From NCBI GenBank assembly GCA_036172245.1, contig JAYWIR010000002.1, positions 5,766,001-5,830,000 on the forward strand: a stretch of 64,000 nucleotides of DNA. The letters run 5' to 3'. This DNA is from Raillietiella orientalis. Taxonomy: Eukaryota. Positions 13,602 through 25,103 of the stretch are shown in pieces. Within the stretch, counting starts at the first letter, position 1, and every line of letters starts with the position of its first letter. A program made the translations under genes and the position numbers. Below the pieces are notes generated by a model, which saw only the letters and a list, made by a program, of their open reading frames with translations, had not been told where the DNA came from and did no database searches.

Positions 13602-13728
13602 GTTTCAGCATCTATTGACAAAGGTCACTGCCACAGGCAAAACTTCCGTGTGAGGATCCACCGAAAAGAGCCACAGCCACAAGCGAAACTCCCGTTTCAG
13701 CATCCATTGAGAAGGGTCACTGCCACAG
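13602..13728. repeat. 35-bp direct repeat, 92-bp period
   Basis: gtttcagcatctattgacaaaggtcactgccacag (13602-13636) vs gtttcagcatccattgagaagggtcactgccacag (13694-13728); 3 mismatches. Confidence 0.85.
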
Positions 13729-15689
13729 CTGGAAGAATCCAGAGTAACTTGAACAAGAAATCAGAGCCCATTCCAATTTTCGTCCCATTGGTGTTGACAG
13801 GCAACCATCGACCGCAAGGCAGGAAAACGACGAGGGCTTCTCCCAAAGACACGTTTGGCAAGGACGCGGCGGTGTGATCAGGGACGTCTTACAGACAGAG
13901 GCCGCGAAATCTCCGAGAAATTTAATCGAATGTCAAGGGAGATCAGGAGGACTTCCGGATTCGTGAAAGGCAACACCATAAGAAATGCGATTCTGTCATC
14001 TTCAGCTCTGTGGCAAGTGTCAGATGCAGAGGAGAATGGCATTGCATTTTTGATTGGGTGCACTCGGGAATAATTTCAAAGGATAAAGAGGCTGTGGCAT
14101 TCGTGAGGTTCATTCTCCGTCATGGGGGGTTCGCACACTCCTTCGATGCCAGCGAGAAGCATGAAGGGTGTCAGATGCAGTTCGTCTCTTAACGCAGTTT
14201 TTTGGGTGGAAAATGCGGCAAGGAGGATCCAGAAAGATGCAAGCTGACTGGGTACGTAAGCCCTACGATGCAGATGACGAGACTGCCTCCTCCTTGACAA
14301 TTCCGAGATCCAAAACACGTTTAAAATGTGCTGCAGCAAACGTATGCAAAAAGAGATTGAGAAAAGTTGCAGATTAAAAGATTTCTTTTCCGAGAGCAAT
14401 TTTCACTTAGCCTTTTTTAATCAGTTGCTTGCAGTCAAGAGGGGAGAATTTTTCTCATCTTTTTCTCTAAGTGAATACTCGAAGTCGCTAGAAGCCCTGG
14501 CACGAAGCTCCATAAGATTAAAGTGGTGTGTGCATCGGAAGGATTGATTTCATTCTGCTCAACAAACACAGCGCACCTGCTGGGACGTGCTGGCTACAGT
14601 TTTCCTCCCTGGGGAAGCGGACTGCTAGCAATGTTAAAAGGGACTCCCGGAAATTGGAGACGCTCCCCATCGGAGTACCGACGTGGAACACGAGTGAGCG
14701 ACAGGAGCTACGGCGTTGCTCGGCCATCTACAGGGCAACAGGTTCTTGTTCCGTGGATTCCAGGAGCGCAGAATCAGGAAACCAGTTTGCTCCCTAAGCC
14801 TCCTCCCTCTTTTTTCTTTTTCGCTCTGAGGAAGCAGCGTCGTGTTGGCGAGGCTGGTCGACGACTCGCCTTAGGTGCTTCTTTGCAGCTCGAGGGCACC
14901 GTTGCAGGTTGGGCCTGCAGTCTGTCAGGGCTCTATTGCGATTGGTGCGCGAGTGCAGTAGGTGAGGGATGCCCACCCCTCAGCAGTGAGTGCCTACCAG
15001 CCGAGAGGCACCGTCCCCAGCTCCGAAGAAAAAAAAAAAAAAAAACGAATTCACACCTCCGAATTGGCTCGTTCGAGCGATTTCGCAGCTGCCAGCAACA
15101 TTTGGCAGTTTCTTCGGGTCAACATCGGTTGACAGCTTTGGAGCACACGATGTTTTAATTCGGAGGTCACGAAAACAGCTGCACCCTCTGACGACTGATT
15201 CGCTAGTCCGATGGAGGTCATGAAGTGCGAGGCAGGAAACTTCTGGGTGCCCCCCGGGCGTCACGCAAAACGCCCTCGGTACTCATCGACGTCCTTCGGC
15301 TGAGCGCCGAGATCGCCTTCGCGTCGGAGGCGCGTCGTTCTTAAACGAGCGGATGGAACCTCAGTTTGCTGCCTCCGCTTTCGTTCTCGTGCCTTGAGCC
15401 AAAGGGTGGATCCGCCTCTTACGAGTGATCTTCGACAGTCATCCCCACGGAGGTGTGCTGCTCATGTCGGTCGGAGCGCTAAGGTCATGACCTCCCACTT
15501 GACGCTCAGCAATGCCTTCTGCACGGCTCTGGAGTGCACTACACACTGGCGGCATCCGTGGTTCCCGGCGGCAGGGAAAGTCCAGTACGAAACTCCCGCG
15601 TGGGGCGTTCCCGGGTCCTTCAACACGCTGAGACACTCTGACTGTGCGGCCGGAAGAGAAGAAACGCCAAAGTCATCTTCCAAGCATCG

Positions 15690-16115
15690 CATATACATAC
15701 ATACATATATGAACGTGTGTATATGTATGCATGCATACATATATTATGTATACATATTGATATATATAAGAAGCACATGTACTTATTTTTAATAATGTTC
15801 AATACATTATCAACAATGTAATCAATAACTTCTTAATATTATTAACAAATGTATGTTAATAAATCTTGATAAATACATGTATATATATGTTGTATGTATA
15901 CATGTGTGCATATGCATACGTATACGTGTGTATGTTTATGCATTCATCATATGTGTGTGCATATCTATATATGTATATATATGCATATGTGCACATGTTT
16001 ATATATTCTCATATGTATATATTTATGTACATGTATTAATATGCATACATGTATATACATAAACACGTATACATGTATATGTGTGCGTGTGCAAATATAC
16101 ATATATATTAAGCAT
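15690..16115. repeat. Degenerate (TA/TG/CA)n microsatellite
   Basis: Long alternating purine-pyrimidine tract (tatgtatatacatg...), interrupted by a short AT-rich unique stretch at about 15785-15870. Confidence 0.9.
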
Positions 16116-16129
16116 ACGTTTATTTTCTG

Positions 16130-17000
16130 TGATCTTTCGGGATTTTGAACCAGTCTCCTCTACACGATTCCTGAGGGTCTGCCTCATACTGAGCGGGGAG
16201 TGGGGTAGGGCTGCGTCCGCCGGTCAGTGCTCCCCCACAGTCAAAGGTGAAGAGGTGGACCAGATGCGAGTGCTTCAGGAATGTTCTGCCACCCTGGACG
16301 CAGCCTTCCGCATCCCGACAGCACGGGTCGGAGCGTCTCCGCCATCCTGCGGCGGGCATTCCTGGAGCCCACCACGCTGGGAGACGTGGTGGCGTTCCCG
16401 ATCACGGGGTGAAGCCCAGTGCACCAACAAGATGGCGGCCCGCTGGCGGTGGGGAGGGAAGGCTGCCAGGAATCCCGGAGCACGAAATCTGCTGGGCGAG
16501 GTCGCCATCTGGCGAGTGTGCTGGACCACACCGGTGGGGAAGCTGTCCCTCAGCGTCTCCTCTCGAAGGTCTCCGAGTGGATCCGCCTACGGGAAGATGT
16601 AGGCAGCTGTTGATCGAACAGAGAGACGGCCGCTCGCAGCACACGGTCGGCGCGTGCGCTCCTGCATCTCCTGTTGCTACAGCTACGTTTTTCTTTCGGC
16701 ACCGTCAAGGGTGCTCTGGGAGCGTCCGTGAACCGGAGCTTCCGACCCAGCATCCGCAAATTCGAGTCTTTGGAGGAGGTTTGCGTGGCCGCGCGCGGGC
16801 GGACTACGGAAAGAGTCCGGCACACAGTCGCCGCCGCTTCGCGCCGCCCCGGTCACGAGCGGTCCATTCTCATCTGCGGTCCCTGCCGATCATCGCTGGC
16901 TCTCGTTCCTCCCGGGGAAAGCTGTGGCTCCCCACGCTCGGTCTGTTTTCTCCCTCCGTCTCTCGCAGTCCTCGCAGCAACGCGCTCTCTCTCCCCGCAT
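16130..17000 (-). mobile_element. Decayed Tx1/L1-like ORF2 3' fragment
   Basis: AAILLVHWASPRDRERHH resembles LLLQHWGLPCNARRHH of the 25.3-kb copy; AETLRPVLSGCGRLRPGW resembles ETLxHxLxxCxxLRPxW. Confidence 0.55.
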
Positions 17001-17395
17001 CCTGGAAAATCTTGCGGAAATCAAGAGCCGTTTCGACCTCATCCCGCTTCGCCCACCCACCGCGTTCAAGCTCTAACCATCTCTTCTACATCGACTTCTA
17101 TATACACGCGTGCGTGTACATATAAAGATGTATATATATATCAGAGCCTGTAAATTGGATTTTTTCATGTTTTATAAAAACTGTAACCGCATTATTTTAT
17201 TTAAATATTCTTGTGGCATTATAGATGATTAATTATATATTAATAATCCAAGCATTTAGGGTGTTATATCAATGAAATCATGTCCTCTGAGAGCTTTCAA
17301 GAGATTATTATAATGATCATATCAAATAGCAGGGGTTGAATAGAAATATTTTTCATTAATCAGTAATTAACGATAAATCAAGATTACATAATAAT

Positions 17396-17438
17396 ATTTG
17401 ATGATTACCTCGAATGAAATGAAAGGTAATCATCAAAT
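17396..17438. repeat. Perfect 15-bp inverted repeat with 13-nt spacer in an AT-rich island
   Basis: atttgatgattacct-cgaatgaaatgaa-aggtaatcatcaaat; further aaggtaat copies at about 17442 and 17487. Confidence 0.9.
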
Positions 17439-17955
17439 CCGAAGGTAATCCAAATAAGGCAAAGTTCAATTACTTTGATCAAATCAAAGGTAATTAAAAT
17501 TTGCTTTCAATAGGAGACTTGGTCCTTCCATAGCTGCATGCGACTGGGGCGATGTGTGCTGCTCGTGCACACCACCCTCCAAGTCTTCCTGGTTCTCTCC
17601 CTTCTCTCATCAGCAGAACCATTATTAATGCTGTTTTCATGCTTCTCCCCCGCCAATTACTCTTTGTCTCCCTGCTGCCGAGCCCCCTCGATTTTCACGT
17701 GACTGGGGATCCGAGACGGTACTTCCATCACCCTCGACAGGCAAATCACCGCTGGCTCCTCTTCTCGTCTAACCTGCTGCTCCTCCCTCGAGATCCCATC
17801 CTCGAAACTTTGCACGAAACATCGATTCCGCGCACGAAGAAGGCACCTGCGTTCCTCTGCAAGGAACGCGCGACTTCGAACCGTCCGGACCCACGCTGCC
17901 CTGCGCCACGCGGCAAGACCCGTGCTGGTCGAGCACGCTGGCGTCACTCCCAGGG

Positions 17956-18647
17956 TTTTCACCCGGTGACGCCGGGTCGTTTATTGAAAACAAAAATAAG
18001 CAACAAGTCAGAGAGAGACAGCGTATCCCCCCAGAGAGGGATGGTCCCCTTGGAAAACGAAGTTCATTGGGGATGACCACCAACCAGCAAGCAGACCAAC
18101 TTCTAAAAAAGTAGGGAACGGAGGGAGAGGTGGTAAATAAATTTAAAAAAAGACGGAAGGGTAGGGACAGGGATCTTTGGTTTTCATTCCTTCCTTTCTT
18201 CTAAGAAACGGCTGCGCATGGTGGTAATCTTACTGACGACTCCTGGAAGACGGAGCCACCTTGCAGCCGTCCACATCGAGGTTGGTGACCTCCCTTCGCT
18301 GCGAACGAGACTCCATCACGGCTCGGGCTGCGACGGTGGCATGGATGCAACATCTCTCTGTGATCATGGAGCCCGTCTTCAGCCTTTCTCGCGTGAAGAA
18401 GCACCTCAGCGAGTCCGAAGCAGGAAGGGGATGGGGGTGGTCCAAAGGTCGGCGAAGTGCCGAAGCAAGTCGCCGTTGTGTGTCCTCCAGGGCGCTACAG
18501 TCCAGCAGGAGATGCGGGGACAACAGTTCGGGGAGACAACTCTCCCCGGAAACGAGGTGCCTGCGCCCGTTGCACCGGAATCCCCAGTCGAGCCCAGAAG
18601 AGGAACTTCAGAGAGAGCGACCAGGTTTCGGATTGCGTTGCTGAGCG
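17956..18647 (-). mobile_element. 5'-truncated Tx1-like insertion with 31-bp flanking direct repeat
   Basis: SPHLLLDCSALE zinc-finger remnant; 3' terminus AATAAACGACCCGGCGTCACCGGGTGAAAA; flanks 17920-17950 and 18648-18678 match at 29/31 positions. Confidence 0.8.
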
Positions 18648-18789
18648 CCGTGATGGTCGAGCATGCTGGCGTCACTCCAAGTCCAACCTCAGAGCACCTG
18701 AGCAGTAACCAGCCGTCCAAATGGGAGGTTCGATGTACAATTTAAGAAGTAACGAAGATATTAGGTGACTACACCACAGACCAGCTAAC

Positions 18790-19400
18790 ATAACCCGATT
18801 GCAACTACAAGTGCCCCACTGAAAGGAATATTGTGCTGGGGTGAGCTGCTGGGAATCCCGCAGGAAGACCTCGAGTGGCCCTCAGCGCTGAAGAAAAACC
18901 GGGCCCTCTCACTGAAATAGCAAGAGTCGGCACTTTTGCTGTTGCACTGAGGCCTCCCGTGTAACTCTCGCAGGTCTTACTGAACCCGGAGGGCTGTGGA
19001 TCCAAACTGTTGCAGGTGCGGAGAACAAGAATCCCTCCCACACCTGCTTGCAGACTGTGCTGCCCTCCGGTCTCTGTGGTTGCGTAACGGAACGGCTCTT
19101 GGTGCACCGACGGACAATCCCAGGGATGTGATGAAGCACCCCTTTGTGTGCGATGCTCTTTCGCCTGCCGCATGCCCAGCAGCTCTTCCCTGTCTACATG
19201 AGGTCGCGGCATCCTGGAGCTACGCGAGAAGAGGACTGCACGATAAAAACGCCATCTGCTTCACCCTGTGCTTCCTGAAGACGGCAGCTAGATGGCCCCA
19301 CCTGAAGCATACTCGGATGAAACTTGCGGGCATCCCGGAAAGGATGCAGAGGATGCCCTTCAGCAGACAGCGATGCCTTCTCGTGCCCCCCGGAGTTTTC
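18790..19400 (+). mobile_element. Tx1-like ORF2 3' fragment (CCHC zinc finger)
   Basis: ORF 18996-19409: DPNCCRCGEQESLPHLLADCAALRSLW...RWPHL...LAGIPERMQR. Confidence 0.85.
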
Positions 19401-19419
19401 TTTTATTGACGTGCATTCA

Positions 19420-22200
19420 ATTTTTAACTTTGTCTGCTCATTCCATGAAAGCCAACCTGTTCCTTGCCAGCACATGGTGGTCGTTACAACAGCGCCATGC
19501 ATCGACGGGTCAAGGGAATCATGGATTCTCTTCTGACCAGGGAGGAGAAGGCCAAATAAGAACGGACGCGTCAGAAGCCCTTGCAGTTGCAGTCGATTTG
19601 CACAAAGCTTCCGATTTTCACCCGGGTTTTGCCGGGGCGTTTATTATAAAAACAAACTTTAACAAAGACGTGCAGTGGCTGGACCATTGCGCCAGCCACG
19701 CACAAAGAAACACTGAGCCTGCCGGGTCACCGGTTCGCAGACCGGTACGGTCCACCACGGCAGCAGGGGAAGGGGGGAAAAAAAAAAAAAAAAAAACTAA
19801 ACAAAAAGAAAAGAAAAAGTGGAAGGGTACGGGAAGGGATCACTGTTGCTGCTGGGGCCGTTGCATCCTTCGCAGGATACCGGCAAGCTCTTCTGAATTC
19901 CTGGATCCAGATGGGGCCACTGCGATACCCTCCTCAAAAACTCGGCGGCGTGTTGGATGGCACCCTTATCGCGAGGTCCTCCCGCAGTCTTGCTCCAAGC
20001 GGCGACGATCCCGCGTAGGCAGCACAGGGCTGCTAACGAGGCCGCAGGCCGAAGGGCATCGGCAACGAAGAGGGCTTTCAGTGAGTCCCTGGGATTGCCG
20101 CAGGGGTACAAAGCTTTCGACTGCATCGACCAGGAACTCCTTCTGGAGCTCTTGTAACGCATAGGATTCCCGACTGTGTTTCTGACCTATCTGCGCTCCC
20201 GCTAGCACTTCACACTAATTAATATTTGTTTCAGTGGCCGACACGTGTACGGCGTGCCCGTTCACCGCGGCATAAGTCACGGTCTCTGTCCCCCTGCTCT
20301 TCAGCATCTACTTCGAGTTAATGCTGAGAGCATACAGGGAGATTCTGGCAACCCTGACGAGCTCGTGTTCGCACATGCCTGCCGTGTCGGCCTGCGCGGA
20401 TGATCTTCTGCTGTTACCCTCCATGTCTATGCTGGCTCCTGCACTTGAGGACTTCTTTGAGCTGCTCAGCCGTGGGACGGGCCTGGAGGCGAGCAGGACG
20501 AAGACGTCAATAGTTCCAGTTAGTGCGGTGCGGGCCGGTTGACCGTACTGGATCTGCATGGAAATCTCCAGGAGCGGGTACTTCAAGGACCTTGACGTTC
20601 TGTAGGGGAACTTCTGCGTTACAGAAGCCTGGTCTGGCCATCTCCAAAAAGTGGAGATAGAGCTTATCCCATCCCAGAACGGCAAGTTTTACTTGCAGGA
20701 ACGGACTGCGTTGAGGAAAGCGTTTGTGGCCCCCCTCCTCCGTCCCCAACTTTTTGCTTCTCTCTTCCCACCCAACATCAGGAAACGAACTGAGGGCTTC
20801 CTGAGGAAAGCCCTCTGGAGAACAGGAAAGTCCCGAGTTCGCTTAGAAGACTTGAGTGCTACGCGTAAGGATGGTGAAATGGGCTTCCTTACGCTGAAGA
20901 GAATGGGACGTCAGCCCCAATTCCGAAGACTCGCCTTCGTGGCGAAGTTTAGGACAACTCTCTCACCAGAAGAGCAACCAGCTGCGAAGGATTCATCTCG
21001 ATCTTTGTGGCGGACGACACCATCTGAGGCAATGTGACCATTAGCTGCGTTGATTGGTTGTCTTGGTTCAGGAGAACATCTGGATCTCCTGCCTCCCTGC
21101 GAACTGCACTGCCTGGCTTCAGGAGTCAGTTTCAGCATGGAGAAAGATCCACGGCTCGAGCGAGGCAGGGTACGCCTGTCTCCGGAAAGGAAGGTACTCT
21201 CGACAGCTCCTGCGGAAGATCGTATGCAGCCCACGTAAGCTGTTATGAGCCTCGTTCACTCCCCTTGCCGCAGTGCTGCCCTCCCTGAAAAACGCTTGGG
21301 GCAGAGACCTCCCGGCAAGATGGGAAGTATCCTGCTGTATCGAAGGCAAGGAGGGGATAAAGTTTTAAGCGCGTGGACAACTCGGCATCTAGCGGACGCT
21401 GCGACCCCGAGTGTCGCGCCTAAAGGACTTCTATGCTGGGGTGAGCTGCTCACGATACCCCTGGAGGAGGTGAAGTGGCCCCCAGCGCGTTGGGACAGTG
21501 GCATCCTCTTCCTCAAGTGGCAAGAGTTGGAGTTGCTAGTGTTGCATTAGGGAATCTCATTCACGCCTCCATCATTGGACACTTGGGCGTGTGGATGCCA
21601 ATTGTCATCGGTGAGGAAAGGACACTTTCTCTCACTTATTAATAGACTGTGTCGGCCTCCGAGTTCTTTGGGATCGACTCTCGTTGATCCTTAAAATCCC
21701 AGTAGGCGACCCTAATAACATTTTCGGGCGCCTCTTCATGCGTGATGTCCCGCCACCAGCCACATCTCTAGCAGTTCTCTGCCCTGTGCGCGCAATCGTG
21801 GCAAACTGGAACCCCCGAAGAAGAGGCCAGAATAGCAGGGATGCCATCCATTGGACGGGAATCTTCTTGAAGACCTTTCCCGATGGCCCTAACTGCAACC
21901 AAAGAATGCGGAACTTGTTGGCATCCTGAACAGGATGCAGAGGACGTTTCGAGGCAAACAGTAATCCCTTCCCGCTCTTCTTTCCCTGAAAAACTCCCCT
22001 CCTCTCTCTTTGTCTTTTTGTTTGGTTTTGTTTGGTTTTCCCTACTCCTTCACCTCTGGAAAGGGCATCACCGGTCTACGTACCGGTTTTTGGTAAGCCC
22101 TTCGCGTGTGGCAAAACCAACTGTTCCACCACGATTTTGCACACATCACAACTTTTTTTATAATTTTTTATAAAAAATGCCCCGGAAAATCCATGTGATA
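19420..22200 (+). mobile_element. Tx1/L1-like element, RT to 3' UTR, pseudogenised and interrupted at the KAFD motif
   Basis: ALAVAVDLHKA|KAFDCIDQELLLELL, SPLLFSIYFE, ACADDLLLL, RKALWRTGKSRVRLEDLSATRKDGEMG, LKWQE..LVLH, HLLIDCVGLRVLW, then a T-rich 3' UTR and terminal tgccccggaaaatccatgtga at about 22178-22198. Confidence 0.9.
19615..20107 (-). mobile_element. Nested antisense 5'-truncated Tx1-like insertion 1
   Basis: Encodes GNPRDSLKALFVADALRPAASLAALCCLRGIVAAW..QWPHLDP plus 3' UTR; flanked by acaaagcttccga (19602-19614) and acaaagctttcga (20108-20120). Confidence 0.9.
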
Positions 22201-23972
22201 AACCTGCACCAGAGGTGGACGTGCTTTTTGTTCACTTCACAGTTGGTAGGCTTTTTAGTACGTGTGATGTGTGATTCAGCAGCTGTTGGAAGGCAGAGAT
22301 GCCTGAAAACTCCGCTCGTACTGGCAAGGGAGACGTGAAAACCACATGTCCCCAGTCAATGGAGGTGGGTTCCCGCTCTTCCTCCCACTGAAGCCTCCCC
22401 CACTACCTCGGCGAGGGCGTGGAGCGCGGTGACTGCTGCAGCAACGCCAAAAGTCCCTGTTGAGATCCGGGCCTAACTTGAGGAGAGCTACAATATGGCC
22501 ATACTCTATAAGGAGCGAACATTTACAAATTCCCTACGTAATTTGGACATACAGGATAAGGAGATAATAGGCCTCTTTATACGGAGCGGGGATCAGTTCG
22601 CGGAGCTGGTCTGCAAAGATGCAGGCCTGTCTCATCGACTGCTCTGCACTCCCGTACATTTTGAGGGATGAAATCTCCTTCCTTACACGGTGGATCGCTC
22701 CACTGTGATCCACCTTACCGGTACAACGCTGTGGATGCCTGAAAATGCAGTCCGCAGTGAATTGGAAAAATTCAGCAATGTGGAAGAAGCCCAATGCCTT
22801 CGGTATCAAAGGGGCATTCAGTGGGCTCGTCGCAGCACGCGTGGCAGTGCGCGAAGGATGCGAACTTCCCCACAAACTAGAAATCGGCAATGAATGTGTC
22901 GATGCGTGATATGTGATGAAACCGAAATATTGCGGGCGATGCGAGACGTTCAGGCATTTCAAGAGGAGATGCCCGAACTCGGAATGGCCAACGTGCGGCG
23001 GGAAGGGACACAAGCGCGGTGTGCCCCAAGAACGTCGCTACTCCGCCGCAAGCCCCGAAAACGATGGAGGAGAAGGAGAAAAATAAAAAATAAAAAAACG
23101 CAAGATGACCAACCGCTAGCACACGCCAAAGTAGCTCGGCAAAAAAGGGCGACCGAAAAAGAGACTCCTAGACAGGCTGTCGACGAAGAAGACTATCAGT
23201 TGGCTATGTCCGCCAGAAAAGAGGCGGTGTCCGCCTGGATGCTCGACTCCTCGCTTGAAAGCGTCCCACTAAGCAATAACACGAATTCAACCATCGACAG
23301 AACGCGCCCGTCCGAGACACATTCCGTTGAGGTGGACAACAACCATCCGCCTCCCGAACAAGAGACGGGAATCACAACGCCACCATCTCTACAGTGATGC
23401 GTGGACTGGCCTCTTGCCGGCGATTGTGCGGAACCTTCTGGAACGTCAACGGGTTGCGCGACGGCGACAAGAGGAGAGAGGTGGCTACCACCCTACGAGC
23501 CTTCGATCTGGCGTTTCTGCAAGAGACGCACAAGCTCAACGCAGGAGTCCAGGAAATCGAAAGGATCTCAGGTGGTTCGTATGCAGTTCGGTCCACTCGC
23601 GCGGAGTGGCCTTTCTGCTGAGGCCAGCCGTCGAAAATGTCCTTCGCGACGTGCAGTTCGACAGGAAGATCGAGTTGGACAGCTTGTGGTCAAGTGGTCC
23701 TACTCGATCGACCTCGTGGTCACGAACGTGTACGCGCCCAGCGGCAATCGGGTCTACTTAGAACGCACGACGCTCTATGGGGGCCTGAGGCGCTACTGGC
23801 TGGCCGAAGCGGGCGTGCGGAGAGCACACTTGATAGCCGGGGACTTCAACGTCCGGTGTCCTTCAGGAACTGTGGCGGAGGCGGGCAGCAGCACTCCTGC
23901 ACCAGGAGGACATCGCTCGAGATGTGCTGCGAAGGTTCTTCTCACCGAGAGGACTCACGACTGGAGGGGTGA
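22200..23972 (+). mobile_element. 5' part of a Tx1/L1-like element: ORF1 remnant plus AP-endonuclease domain of ORF2
   Basis: ORF1: VIHLTGTTLWMPENAVRSELEKFSNV, CGRCETFRHFKRRC (22931-22972), PTCGGKGH. APE: FWNVNGLRD..DLAFLQETH, RGVAFLL, VTNVYAP, LIAGDFNV. Confidence 0.88.
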
Positions 23973-24800
23973 TTTCACACCCAGGGTGCGCCGGGGAGTT
24001 TATTCTCTTACAGGAATCGATGGAGCCGATGGCCCACCAATTCCAATTATTACACTAGAAAGAAGGGAGGGAATGGAGAGGTCCATCATGTCCACGAAGG
24101 AGAAGGGGGAAGAAACAAAAATAGAAAATGAAAACAAACTATAACAAGCAACAAAAAAAACCAAAAAAAAACACAAATTAGTTGCAAGGAAGGGGAGGGC
24201 ATCATTTCGTGGTGCGTGAAGCCTCTGCATCCGTTGAAGGATGCCAGCGAGCTCCTCCTTTTCCCTTAGTTGAGGCAATCTCAAAGCTCTCTGCAGAAAG
24301 CGGATGGCCTGCAGGGCAGCCCCCGATCGCTCCAACCTCTCTCGACGTCGCACTTCGCCGCCACGACACCGTGCACGCAGCACAGAGCTGCGATTGCGCT
24401 GCGGCCGTCATGGCGTCCCGCACGAAGAGGGGCCTCAAAGAGTCTCTGGGATCGTCCATGGGGTGAGGAAGGGACGCGGAGAAACGTTCCCACTATTCCC
24501 GGAGGGCGGCACATTGCACTATGAGGTGGAGGAAAGTCTCCTTCTCTCCACACCCGGCACAATTCGGGGATGCGCTTCTTCTCCTCCATTGGTGCGGGCG
24601 CGCATTGCACGGAAGACCCCAGTGCAGTATCAGCAGAGCCGATTGCTGCCACTTGAGGGGAAGCAGCTTCCTGTCTAGAAACACGGAGGGCACTTCCAAC
24701 TCTTCGGGCTGAATGGAGACGAGTTCGCCCCAACGTTCCAGTCCTTTGGAGGCGCTGAGATCGCCACCATAGGTTGCATTCGCGCCATCGTCACAACCCC
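23973..24800 (-). mobile_element. Antisense Tx1-like 3' fragment joined into the APE domain
   Basis: LPLKWQQSALLILHWGLPCNAR..NCAGCGEKETFLHLIVQCAALRE; 3' terminus AATAAACTCCCCGGCGCACCCTGGGTGTGAAA. No matching TSD found at the 5' side. Confidence 0.85.
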
Positions 24801-25071
24801 AAATGTGCTGGAGACCGCCAAGTAGCGGAGGGATGTCACTATGATGGCAGCCACCTACATCGGCGCGACTTCAGGGTGGCATCAATTGGTGGCTCACAGT
24901 CTCCTTCGTTTCTTCGTAAAGAAACGAAGGAGATCACCAGCATACAGCGCCAGTTTACGAATGGTTAGGAAGGGCTGAGCCCGGTCACCTAGGTTCCTTT
25001 TCTTCCTTGAGGGGAAGGAACGGACGCGTCGGGAGCCCTTGCAGTCGCAGTCGACTTGGCAAAGCTTTCGA

Positions 25072-25088
25072 TTTTCAATTTTCACCCG
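25072..25088 (-). mobile_element. 17-nt extreme 3'-terminal remnant of a Tx1-like insertion
   Basis: Reads CGGGTGAAAATTGAAAA on the minus strand, matching the family terminus, and sits between two copies of the target sequence. Confidence 0.65.
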
Positions 25089-25103
25089 GCGCAAAGTTTT
25101 CGA

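Noticed and set aside
13602..13728. CRISPR-like repeat-spacer unit
   Set aside because: Only two imperfect copies, eukaryotic context and no cas genes.
15853..16148. ORFs rich in Y/I/C/V/H
   Set aside because: These are translations of the microsatellite.
19420..22200. Twin-priming 5' inversion as the explanation for the inverted segment
   Set aside because: The inverted piece is a separate 3' end with its own terminus and TSD, and the host resumes at the same codon and has its own, different 3' end.
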